DNA from: Candidatus Hadarchaeota archaeon
GTDB lineage: Archaea; Hadarchaeota; Hadarchaeia; Hadarchaeales; Hadarchaeaceae
Length of the DNA stretch: 24,000 nucleotides
Direction of reading: 5' to 3'
NCBI GenBank assembly: GCA_040755315.1
Contig: JBFMBF010000015.1
Location: 6,819 to 30,818 of the forward strand
A program made the translations under genes and the position numbers. The notes under the pieces were generated by a model. The model was not told the origin of the DNA and made no database searches. It saw nothing but the letters and a program-made list of their open reading frames with translations. The stretch's first letter is position 1, and the number at the start of each line of letters is the position of its first letter. Below are positions 1-7,780 of this stretch, piece by piece.

Positions 1-578
1 TCAGGGTGGTGAGCCAGACCAGCTTCGAGATCTGCCGCGGGCAGGCGCAGGACATGCTTTTTGAAAACAGGCTGGACATCACGGAAAAGGAGTACATGGA
101 GATGGTCGGCGGGAAGACGGGGGCGCTCATGGAGGCGTCGACTAGGGTCGGGGGGATGCTCGGCGGGGGGAATCTTGAGGAGGTCGAGGCGCTCGGGAAG
201 TATGGCCGACTGCTTGGGGTCGCTTTCCAGATCCAGGATGACATCCTGGGGGTTGCCGGGAAGGAGCAGAAGTTCGGGAAGCCCATAGGCAGCGACCTCA
301 GGGAGGGAAAGAGGACCCTAATAGTTATCAAGGCACTCGAGATGGCCGACAGAAAGGGAAAGAAGCTTCTTCTCAAGGTCCTCGGGAACAAACCTTCGAA
401 GAAAAACCTTGGGGCCGCGATTGACCTCCTGAAAACATCCGGCGCGATTGATTATGTCTCGCGGAAGGCCGTTGACCTTGTGGAGGAAGCCGAGGATTGC
501 CTCAGGGTTCTGCCTGACTCGGAGGCAAAGGCCGCTTTGGAGTCTCTCGCGGATTTTGTCGTAAAGCGGGAATTCTGA
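1..578 (+). CDS. idsA: Polyprenyl (geranylgeranyl) diphosphate synthase, C-terminal part; the 5' end lies beyond the left edge
   Basis: The frame is open to the window edge. It carries the second Asp-rich motif FQIQDDILG and the blocks GGKTGALMEA and GKPIGSDLREGKRT, typical of trans-isoprenyl diphosphate synthases. Confidence 0.9.
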   Translation, partial: RVVSQTSFEICRGQAQDMLFENRLDITEKEYMEMVGGKTGALMEASTRVGGMLGGGNLEEVEALGKYGRLLGVAFQIQDDILGVAGKEQKFGKPIGSDLREGKRTLIVIKALEMADRKGKKLLLKVLGNKPSKKNLGAAIDLLKTSGAIDYVSRKAVDLVEEAEDCLRVLPDSEAKAALESLADFVVKREF

Positions 579-644
579 GCGGTTCTTGAAAAAATTCCAA
601 CCAAAATACTTATCCCATGACACCACCAGCTCCGGAGTGTTGAA

Positions 645-2336
645 ATGGAGGACGTGAGGAGGGAAGTCCTTCGCTGGGCGCTGGCGAACGCCGCCGAGCA
701 CCAGGGAAGCGCGAGCGTAAAGGCAGTTTTGGGGAAAGTCATAGCGGAGCTTCCGGGGTGGAAGTCGAAGATAGACGCGCTCTCGAGGCTGGTGGATGAA
801 GTCGTTGCCGAGGTCAACTCCATGCCGGCGGAGGAGCAGCTCTTCCAGATAAAAAAAGTCGGCGCGGTGGAGCACCACAAGCGGGAGCAGAGGAAGGGCC
901 TTCAGGATCTCCCGGAAGTGGAAAGGTTCGGCCGAGTGGTCACCCGCTTCGCGCCAAACCCCAACGGGCCCCTTCACCTGGGCCACGCGAGGGCGGCCGT
1001 GCTCAGCCACGACTATGCGAGGAAGTACAAGGGAAAGTTCATCCTCCGCTTCGAAGACACCAACCCGGAAAATGTGATGCTCGAGATGTATGAGCTGATA
1101 AAAATGGACCTGCGCTGGCTCGGCCTCAGCTGGGACGAGGAGCACATCCAGTCTGACAGGATGCAGCTGTACTACGACTATGCTGAGCAGCTGCTGGGCG
1201 AGGGGAAGGCTTACATCTGCACGTGCGAGCCGGAGGTTTTTGGTGAGCTCAGGGATGCCGGTAAGGCCTGCCCGTGCCGGGAAATCACGGCCGAAGAGAA
1301 CCTCGTAAACTGGGAAAAGATGCTGTCGGGGGACTTCAAGGAGGGGGAGGCCGTCGTCAGGATAAAGACAGACCTGAAGCACCCAAATCCGGCCGTGAGG
1401 GACTGGCCCGCGCTCAGGATTGTTGACGGCCCCCACGCAAGGGTTGGCAAGAAGTACAAGGTCTGGCCGCTCTACAACTTCTCGGTTTCGATTGACGACC
1501 ACGAGATGGGCGTCACCCACGTTCTGAGAGGGAAGGAGCACGAGGTCAACGAGGAGCGCCAGCGCAAGCTCTACGCGCACCTCGGCTGGGAGTATCCTGT
1601 GGCGGTCCAGTACGGGCGGTTCTCCATCCCGGGGTCGGCCCTGAGCAAGACACAGACGATGAAGGCGATAAAGGCCGGGGAGCTCGTGGGGCACGATGAC
1701 GTCAGGCTCGCCACAATTGCCGCGTTGAGGAGAAGAGGTTTCTTGGCCGAGGCCCTGAAGCAGGTTGTGATTGATATCGGGCTCACGCAGGTCGATTCAG
1801 TCCTAAGCTGGGAGACCATCTCATCTTACAACAGGAAGCTGGCGGACGGGGTGGCCAGCCGCTATTTTTTCGTCCCTGCCCCTGTCAAGCTCCTGGTCGC
1901 GGGCAGCCCTGAAATCCACGAAGCTAGGCTGCACGCCCACCTGAGCAGGCCGGAGGCTGGAGAGCGCATCCTGCCGCTGAAAAAGGACGGGAAAGTCCTG
2001 GTGTTCCACATACCGCTCTCCGATGCGGCGCGCCTGAAGGTCGGCGACATCTTCCGGCTGAAGGACCTGATGAACGTCAAGCTCGCTTTCAAGGACGGGG
2101 CGCTGGAGGCGGATTTCGTGTCGCTGCAGGTGGCCGAGGTACCAAAGTTCCAGTGGGTCTCGGGCGGGGCCGTGGCCGTGGAGGTGATCCGCCCCGACGG
2201 GAGGGTCGAGTCAGGGCTTGCGGAGCCGGCGGTCACGGGCGTGCAACCTGGGACGCTCGTGCAGTTCGAGCGCTACGGGTTCGCCAGGATAGAAGCTGTC
2301 GGGCCCAAGGTCAAGGCGATTTTCGCGCACAGGTGA
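645..2336 (+). CDS. gltX: Glutamyl-tRNA synthetase, archaeal/eukaryal-type
   Basis: 563-aa ORF. HIGH-type motif in FAPNPNGPLHLGHARAA, KMSKS-equivalent in GSALSKTQ, and the class I catalytic core block RFEDTNPE. Confidence 0.95.
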   Translation: MEDVRREVLRWALANAAEHQGSASVKAVLGKVIAELPGWKSKIDALSRLVDEVVAEVNSMPAEEQLFQIKKVGAVEHHKREQRKGLQDLPEVERFGRVVTRFAPNPNGPLHLGHARAAVLSHDYARKYKGKFILRFEDTNPENVMLEMYELIKMDLRWLGLSWDEEHIQSDRMQLYYDYAEQLLGEGKAYICTCEPEVFGELRDAGKACPCREITAEENLVNWEKMLSGDFKEGEAVVRIKTDLKHPNPAVRDWPALRIVDGPHARVGKKYKVWPLYNFSVSIDDHEMGVTHVLRGKEHEVNEERQRKLYAHLGWEYPVAVQYGRFSIPGSALSKTQTMKAIKAGELVGHDDVRLATIAALRRRGFLAEALKQVVIDIGLTQVDSVLSWETISSYNRKLADGVASRYFFVPAPVKLLVAGSPEIHEARLHAHLSRPEAGERILPLKKDGKVLVFHIPLSDAARLKVGDIFRLKDLMNVKLAFKDGALEADFVSLQVAEVPKFQWVSGGAVAVEVIRPDGRVESGLAEPAVTGVQPGTLVQFERYGFARIEAVGPKVKAIFAHR

Positions 2337-2387
2337 GGCGCAAAAAATATATAGCGGGGGCAGGAACTTTTGCCGAGGCTGGGAGAG

Positions 2388-2837
2388 ATGGCGGATATAG
2401 ACAACATAGACCTTCGGCTGCTGAGGTTGCTTGCGGACGACTCGAAGGTCTCCCTGAAGAAGATGGCGAGGGAGGTCGGGCTGAGCATTACCGGCGTGAA
2501 CAAGAGGATCGAGAGGCTGGAGAAAAACGGGGTGATAAAGCAGTACTCCGCGATAATCGACCCGAAGAAGCTGGGGTATGGCGTGTCGGCTTTCGTGAGG
2601 GTGGAGGTCAGCCCCAGCGGCATGGACGACCTCATCAGGGCGCTCAGGAACAAGCACGAAGTCTGCGAGATGCACAAGGTCACGGGGGAGCGCCAGCTGA
2701 TGATGAAGGTCCGGGCGAGGGACCAGGAAAGCCTGAACAGGTTTCTGGAGGAGAACATCAGCGGCAGGGACGGGGTCCGCCACGTCACCACCACAATGGC
2801 GATGGCGACGTTCAAGGAGACGCTTCTCAACCCATAG
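2388..2837 (+). CDS. Lrp/AsnC-family transcription regulator
   Basis: N-terminal HTH (DIDNIDLRLLRLLADDSKVSLKKMAREVGLSITGVNKRIERLEKNGVI) followed by a RAM/AsnC_trans_reg-like C-terminal domain. I prefer the ATG at 2388 over the tracked TTG at 2370 because the TATA-like AAAATATATAG (2344-2354) would place the transcription start after 2370. Confidence 0.85.
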   Translation: MADIDNIDLRLLRLLADDSKVSLKKMAREVGLSITGVNKRIERLEKNGVIKQYSAIIDPKKLGYGVSAFVRVEVSPSGMDDLIRALRNKHEVCEMHKVTGERQLMMKVRARDQESLNRFLEENISGRDGVRHVTTTMAMATFKETLLNP

Positions 2838-2844
2838 GTGCCAT

Positions 2845-3072
2845 TTGATGCCCGAAGAAGAGAGGAGGATTGCAAAAGAAGTTCTTTCCAGCGTGCTGCC
2901 CTATATAGCCTACCCTCAGGAGCTCCGGGAGCGGCTCGAGAAGGGGCTGCAGGCGAGTGAAAACAGGGACGCCTTCGTGGAGAATCTTAAAAGGACGATT
3001 GCCGACGAAAATGACGTGACGAAGAAGACGGACCTGAGGATTTTTTTGGCCGAGTTCAGGCGGCACGTATAG
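2845..3072 (+). CDS. Small hypothetical protein (75 aa), predicted helical and charged
   Basis: The ORF fills the gap between the Lrp-family regulator gene and e2b2 on the same strand. Its composition matches its neighbours. I recognise no motif. Confidence 0.45.
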   Translation: MMPEEERRIAKEVLSSVLPYIAYPQELRERLEKGLQASENRDAFVENLKRTIADENDVTKKTDLRIFLAEFRRHV

Positions 3073-3115
3073 AAAAGTTTTAACATGCGGGCGAGGAACT
3101 ACTTGTGGTGATACT

Positions 3116-4063
3116 GTGCAGCCGCAGCTGAAGAAGGTCGCAGCGGACATCAGGAACATGAAGATTCGCGGGGCCGGGAGGATCGCCCGGGCGGCCGCCG
3201 GCGCCCTCAGGGATGTCGCCGCAAGCTCGAAAGCCAGGACCTCGGCTGAATTCATGAAGGAGGTGGAGGGGGCGGCGAAGCTTCTGGTGCTCACGAGGCC
3301 GACTGCTGTCTCGCTGCCGAACGCCGTCCGCTATGTCATGCTGGGGCTGGAGAAGGCTAAGGGGGCCGACCTCTGTGGGATGCAGGAGGTGGTGGTTTCC
3401 CGCGCCGAGGAGTTCATCAAGAATTCAGAGGAGGCGGTGAAGAAAATCGGGGAGATAGGGGCGAACAGGATCTCGGACGGGGACGTGCTCCTCACCCACT
3501 GCAACAGCCACTGCGCCGTCGCCGTGATCAAGACCGCGTTCAACCAGGGGAAGGACATCGAGGTGTACGTCACGGAATCAAGGCCCGTCTGGCAGGGGCA
3601 CCTCACGGCGAAGGAACTTCTGAAGGAGGGGATCCCCACCACCATGATAATCGACTCGGCCGTGCGGCACTTCATCAGGGAGATTGACAAGGTCGTCGTG
3701 GGGGCGGACAGCATCGCGGCGAACGGGGCGGTCGTGAACAAGGTCGGGACCTCGCAGATTGCCCTGGCGGCGCACGAGTCCAGGGTGCTCTTCTTCGTTG
3801 CTGCGGAGACGTACAAGCTGCACCCGGGGACGCTCGTGGGGCAGCTAGTGGAGATAGAGGAGAGGGACCCGCGGGAGGTGGCGGACCCGAGGAAGTTCCC
3901 GAGGCTGAAGATAAGGAACCCGGCTTTCGACGTGACGCCGCCGGAGTATGTTGATTTGATAATTACCGAGCGGGGGATAATCCCGCCGCCTGCGGCTTAC
4001 GAGCTGACGCAGGAAATCTTCGGGTGGAAGCCGGGCGGGTTTGAAAGCTTGCACGGGTTGTAA
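3116..4063 (+). CDS. e2b2: Ribose-1,5-bisphosphate isomerase (eIF-2B alpha/beta/delta-like family)
   Basis: Blocks NMKIRGAGRIARAAA, TRPTAVSLPNAVRYV, ESRPVWQGHLTAKEL, VVVGADSIAANGAVVNKVGT and NPAFDVTPPEYVDLIITERGIIPP are colinear with the Thermococcus-type R15P isomerase as I recall it. GTG start preceded by GGTGAT. Confidence 0.9.
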   Translation: MQPQLKKVAADIRNMKIRGAGRIARAAAGALRDVAASSKARTSAEFMKEVEGAAKLLVLTRPTAVSLPNAVRYVMLGLEKAKGADLCGMQEVVVSRAEEFIKNSEEAVKKIGEIGANRISDGDVLLTHCNSHCAVAVIKTAFNQGKDIEVYVTESRPVWQGHLTAKELLKEGIPTTMIIDSAVRHFIREIDKVVVGADSIAANGAVVNKVGTSQIALAAHESRVLFFVAAETYKLHPGTLVGQLVEIEERDPREVADPRKFPRLKIRNPAFDVTPPEYVDLIITERGIIPPPAAYELTQEIFGWKPGGFESLHGL

Positions 4064-4073
4064 TCCCGTCCGG
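4062..4073. repeat. Left copy of the 12-nt direct repeat AATCCCGTCCGG bounding the AT-rich MNT/HEPN island
   Basis: Identical 12-mer at 5301-5312, with partial similarity continuing for a few more nt. This copy overlaps the e2b2 stop codon. Confidence 0.5.
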
Positions 4074-4197
4074 CCCGTAACTACACGGGTTAGACTGGAA
4101 GGGCAACTGGATATGAAAGTAAAATAAGGTGGTCCCCCAAGCGCTTGGGCGACTCGCTTCAAAAGAGTTAAATAGTATTGTATTATAAAGTATACGT

Positions 4198-4788
4198 ATG
4201 TATGAAAAACTAAACATCACCGAAAACCACCTGCAAGTGCTTTCCCTGTTCACGAACGGGTTTGATAAAGAGTATTACATAAGGGAGGTGGAAAAATTGC
4301 TTAAAATCAGCCCTAGAACTGCTCAGTTAATTCTTGAAAATCTGGAAAACAAGGGGATTGTTGAATCAAAAATGAGAGGTAAAATAAAATCATACGCGTT
4401 GAAAAGGAGTATTTCAAGCCAGATGTACGTGGCATTCGCAGAGCAGTACAAAACAATCGCATTCCTTGAGAAAACCCCCATGATAAAAGAGATAATCGAA
4501 AAAATAATCCCTGCCGTCGATGGGGTGGGCGTTATTTTCGGGAGTTATGCAAAGGGGATTGCACGCGAGGAATCTGATTTGGATATTTTTGTTGTTGGGA
4601 AATATGACAACAAAGTTATAAAAAAGGTCTCTAAAACCTATGGAATCGAAATAGGTGTGAAATGTTATCCAGCAAAAGTGTTTGAGAAAAACCTCCACAG
4701 CGATATCTTGTTAAAGGAGATGCTGAAAAACCATCTTTTATTTTTGAACCTAGGTTTGTTTGTGCGGATGGTGATGAAAAACGGATAA
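4198..4788 (+). CDS. wHTH-fused minimal nucleotidyltransferase (MNT-type antitoxin-like)
   Basis: N-terminal winged-helix-like region (REVEKLLKISPRTAQLILENLENKGIVE) and the NTase signature GVIFGSYAKGIAREESDLDIFVVG (GS-x9/10-D-x-D). AT-rich compared with flanking genes. TATA-like TTAAATAG lies about 27 nt upstream, so the transcript is probably leaderless. Confidence 0.85.
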   Translation: MYEKLNITENHLQVLSLFTNGFDKEYYIREVEKLLKISPRTAQLILENLENKGIVESKMRGKIKSYALKRSISSQMYVAFAEQYKTIAFLEKTPMIKEIIEKIIPAVDGVGVIFGSYAKGIAREESDLDIFVVGKYDNKVIKKVSKTYGIEIGVKCYPAKVFEKNLHSDILLKEMLKNHLLFLNLGLFVRMVMKNG

Positions 4789-4825
4789 GATAAAATGGTG
4801 TGCTGGAAGAAAAGGTGGCCTTAGA

Positions 4826-5254
4826 TTGATTGAGCCAAATGCCAATCTTGCGAATGCGTATATCAAAAAAGCCGAAGAGGCATTGGAATCAATGCGGGTG
4901 AATGTAATAAAGGACTGGAAAATTTCAACAGCGTATTATACGCTTTATTTCTCACTTTACGCTCTGTTGATGAAAATCGGAGTAAAATGCGAAATTCACT
5001 CGTGCACGATCGAATTTGCTAGGCGGTTTTTGAACGAATATTTCAACGAAGAAGAGCTCGAATTCACCAAAGATTCGCTCAGGGCAAGGATCGATTCTCA
5101 GTATTATGTGGACAGGACTGTTCCAGACGCACAATACGATGAAATTGTTAAGAATGCCCCTGAATTTTTGGTAAAATGCAAATCAATACTCTCTAAACTA
5201 AACGAAAAGAAAATAAATGAGATAAGAAAAAAGTTCGAGAAAAGTATTGGGTAG
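4826..5254 (+). CDS. HEPN-domain protein, partner of the upstream MNT
   Basis: Classical HEPN (PF05168-like) layout: AYIKKAEEALESM ... STAYYTLYFSLYALLMKIGV ... HSCTIEFARRF ... LRARIDSQYY ... APEFLVKCKSIL. It lies immediately downstream of the NTase gene. TTG start. Confidence 0.75.
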   Translation: MIEPNANLANAYIKKAEEALESMRVNVIKDWKISTAYYTLYFSLYALLMKIGVKCEIHSCTIEFARRFLNEYFNEEELEFTKDSLRARIDSQYYVDRTVPDAQYDEIVKNAPEFLVKCKSILSKLNEKKINEIRKKFEKSIG

Positions 5255-5300
5255 CGGGGCGCCATTCACTCCAGCATAACACCGCGCGCAGCGAAAACTG

Positions 5301-5312
5301 AATCCCGTCCGG
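5301..5312. repeat. Right copy of the 12-nt direct repeat AATCCCGTCCGG
   Basis: Identical to 4062-4073. It abuts the stop codon of the hycI-like gene (5318-5320). Confidence 0.5.
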
Positions 5313-5317
5313 GCCGC

Positions 5318-5800
5318 TTATACTACTCCAAGGGCTTTCAGCTTTTTAAACAACTCTTCCTCAATAGCCTTAATTACCACAACTACTCCTCTGTTCATAT
5401 CCCCGCCGATTTGAACGCGCCCAGTCTGAATCCCTACCAGCAACACCTTGGCTCCAGTCTTCATCTTGAGGTAGCCAGAAAGAACTGAAATAGGCAGAGT
5501 ATGTGTTGAAATCTTCTCGCCGGCAATGTCCGCCGGACTCGCCACAACGACCTCGCCGGCCTTCCCGCCGAAGTCGGCCCCGTCCACGAAGACGACGTGG
5601 GTGGGGGTGAAACTCTCGATCTCCGAGATGAATCTCTCAGGAGCCATCCCCACCTCCAGAATAAGTAGCCGGGGAGAGCTGATTTTCTCCTTGAGCTTCC
5701 GCACGACCAGCAGGCCAGCGGCGTCGTCCCCCCTCATGTCATTGCCCACACCCACCACAACCACCCGCTCTGCGCCTTCGAGGACGGACAGGTCAATCAT
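5318..5800 (-). CDS. hycI: [NiFe]-hydrogenase maturation endopeptidase (HycI/HybD/FrhD family)
   Basis: VVVGVGNDMRGDDAAGLLVVRKL N-terminal signature and a later HTLP block. 160 aa. The start overlaps the hypB stop (ATGATTGA). Confidence 0.9.
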   Translation of the reverse strand: MIDLSVLEGAERVVVVGVGNDMRGDDAAGLLVVRKLKEKISSPRLLILEVGMAPERFISEIESFTPTHVVFVDGADFGGKAGEVVVASPADIAGEKISTHTLPISVLSGYLKMKTGAKVLLVGIQTGRVQIGGDMNRGVVVVIKAIEEELFKKLKALGVV

Positions 5801-6548
5801 GGCTGCCGCCCCTGAGCGAGCGATTCAAAATTTTTTCTAGGTGGCTTGAGAAGTCGGTCTTGAGAAGCTTCTCAGAATTTCCAATGGAGTCCTCAAGCAT
5901 CCGGTCAAAATCAATGCTTCCCAGAAAAGGCATGCCAAGTTTCTCAGCCTGTTTCTTTATGAATGCTGAACCGTCCCTCCTCATGTTCTCCACTACGCCG
6001 AGAACCGGAACCTTCAGCTCCTTCAGGAAATACAGCAGCTTGCGGACGGTCTCCCACGCCATCTTCGACTGGCTGGTGACGACGAGGAACTCCGCCCTCT
6101 TCATCACCCTGAGCAGGTCAAGGACCTCGTCCCCCGTCCCCGGCGGCATGTCGACAATGAGAAAATCCAGCGGGCCCCACCGCGTGATGGCCAGCATCTC
6201 TAGCATGGCGTTTGAAACTTCCGCGCCCCTGAGTGGTGACGGCCTGTCGCCCGTGTAGTAGACCAACGACATCAGCCTGACGCCGTGCACAAGCGGCGGC
6301 ACCACGCCCTTTTCCTCTTTTGGTGAAGCCTTCCCCGCGCCTAAAACGACGTGCGCGGAAGGGCCGTGAAAATCCAAGTCAAACAGCCCCACCCTGTAAC
6401 CGAGCTTGGACAGCGCCAGCGCGGAAGCGGCAGAAATAACGCTTTTCCCGACGCCTCCCTTCCCGCTGACTACCGCGATCAGCCTCCCGGCCTCCGCCAG
6501 CCTTTTCTCAGCCGTCTCAAGCCTCGGGTCACCTCTCCATCTCGACAT
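5793..6548 (-). CDS. hypB: Mrp/MinD-family ATPase-type HypB (nickel-insertion partner of HypA)
   Basis: Deviant Walker A VSGKGGVGKS and Mrp/MinD blocks (DLDFHGPS, DFLIVDMPPGTGD, GVVENM). No Cys anywhere, so it lacks the Fe-S-carrier CxxC of Nbp35/ApbC. It sits between hypA and the endopeptidase, as the ATPase-type HypB does in Thermococcales. Confidence 0.85.
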   Translation of the reverse strand: MSRWRGDPRLETAEKRLAEAGRLIAVVSGKGGVGKSVISAASALALSKLGYRVGLFDLDFHGPSAHVVLGAGKASPKEEKGVVPPLVHGVRLMSLVYYTGDRPSPLRGAEVSNAMLEMLAITRWGPLDFLIVDMPPGTGDEVLDLLRVMKRAEFLVVTSQSKMAWETVRKLLYFLKELKVPVLGVVENMRRDGSAFIKKQAEKLGMPFLGSIDFDRMLEDSIGNSEKLLKTDFSSHLEKILNRSLRGGSHD

Positions 6549-6930
6549 GCTCCAACAGCACCCCCCGTCCCCCCTTCAACTGGAAATCCGGGCTGCCACA
6601 TTTCGGGCACCTGAGGTAAACGTGCGCCACCTCCGGGATGAAGTGTACCGACTCTGCCTCGCCCGGCCTGAGGCCCCCGCGCCTGAAGCCCCACTCCGCG
6701 CGGCAGACGTTACACTCGAAAACAGATTTCTCCGGCTCCAGCGCCACATTCAGGTTCTCGGCCTTCGTGCCCCTGGCGAGCTGCCTGACCGCGAACTTGA
6801 AGACCTTCTTGTCAAGCTGCTGCAGCTCCCCCACCCTCACCCTTATGCCCAGCACCCGCCCGGCCTTCCTCTCGTCCGCGGCCTTCAGGGCGGCCGAAAC
6901 CACCCCCTCAGCCAGAGCCCATTCGTGCAA
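6529..6930 (-). CDS. hypA: Hydrogenase nickel-incorporation protein HypA
   Basis: N-terminal MHEWALAEGV nickel-site motif and a zinc site CNVC ... CPKCG. 133 aa. Overlaps hypB by 20 nt. Confidence 0.95.
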   Translation of the reverse strand: MHEWALAEGVVSAALKAADERKAGRVLGIRVRVGELQQLDKKVFKFAVRQLARGTKAENLNVALEPEKSVFECNVCRAEWGFRRGGLRPGEAESVHFIPEVAHVYLRCPKCGSPDFQLKGGRGVLLEHVEMER

Positions 6931-7024
6931 GTTCTCAAAATGCCAGAGGGGATTCAGCTAAAAGAGATATCGGCGAAAGCGGTTTTATTTGCCGCGCGCA
7001 AGTTCAAACGTCGTGGTGTAGAAA

Positions 7025-7777
7025 ATGCTGCCGGTTAAAGTTGATAGGCCGCCGCGGAGCACGCCCGTAATCACGTACACGCTGGCCATAATCAACCTCT
7101 CGGTGTTCGCCATAATGCTGGTCACCGGGACCTTCGAGTCGGCTTTCCAGAATTTCGGGCTGAAGCCTTCGGCGGTGCTGTCGGGCGGCGGCATCCCCAC
7201 CCTGTTCACCTCGATGTTCCTGCACGGGGGGTTCCTCCACCTGATGTTCAACATGTGGTTCCTCCTGATCTTCGGCGGCAGCGTGGAGGATGTGCTGGGC
7301 TGGAAAAAGTTCCTGCTCTTCTTCATCGGGGCGGGCGTGGCGGCGGGCCTCATCCATATCACGTTCAACCCGGCCTCCGACATCCCGGCGGTCGGGGCCT
7401 CCGGCGCCATCTCCAGCGTCATGGGGGCTTTCATAATCCTTTACCCGTTCGTGAGAATCCATGCCGTCGGCGAGTGGAGCATCATCAAGATACCGGCGGT
7501 CGTCTACCTGTTCTTCTGGTTCATCCTCCAGTTTCTGGGCGTGGCCGTCGGCTGGATCGTGGCGGAGTCTGAAGGGATTGCGTATGCGACACACGTGCTG
7601 AGTCTCATGGGTGGAATGGGGGTTGCCATCTTCGTCAGCATCCGAATGAGGCGCTCGACCGACTGCAGGTGGTTTGCGGGGGACGGAACCTGCAGGGCGG
7701 ACGGCCGGTGGTGCACGGGCAAGTCATGCGAGAACTACAGCCCGAAGCCGCCGAAGAAGGCCGGAGAGTTCGAGTGA
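7025..7777 (+). CDS. Rhomboid-family intramembrane serine protease with a Cys-rich C-terminal tail
   Basis: FLHGGFLHLMFNMWFL (HxxxN), catalytic GASGAISSVMGAF (GxSG), and His in AYATHVLSLMGG. Six-TM core. Tail: CRWFAGDGTCRADGRWCTGKSC. Confidence 0.9.
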   Translation: MLPVKVDRPPRSTPVITYTLAIINLSVFAIMLVTGTFESAFQNFGLKPSAVLSGGGIPTLFTSMFLHGGFLHLMFNMWFLLIFGGSVEDVLGWKKFLLFFIGAGVAAGLIHITFNPASDIPAVGASGAISSVMGAFIILYPFVRIHAVGEWSIIKIPAVVYLFFWFILQFLGVAVGWIVAESEGIAYATHVLSLMGGMGVAIFVSIRMRRSTDCRWFAGDGTCRADGRWCTGKSCENYSPKPPKKAGEFE

Positions 7778-7780
7778 CCT

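Noticed and set aside
318-1694. 458-aa ORF on the minus strand, plus several shorter ORFs overlapping gltX
   Set aside because: It is antisense to a confidently identified GluRS gene. Its Arg/Pro/Leu-rich, low-complexity translation is typical of shadow ORFs in GC-rich DNA. It has no motif.
4052-4077. tRNA-like 3' half (ACGGG-TTGTAAT-CCCGT T-arm followed by CCGGCCC-G) at the e2b2 stop
   Set aside because: No matching 5' acceptor strand (GGGCCGG), D-arm or anticodon arm can be built in the preceding ~75 nt, and the sequence lies inside the e2b2 CDS. It is kept only as context for the direct repeat.
6406-7594. Plus-strand ORFs at 6406-7038 and 6638-6961, and minus-strand ORFs at 6985-7434 and 7004-7594
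   Set aside because: They are antisense to hypA/hypB or to the rhomboid gene, and have no motifs and low-complexity composition.
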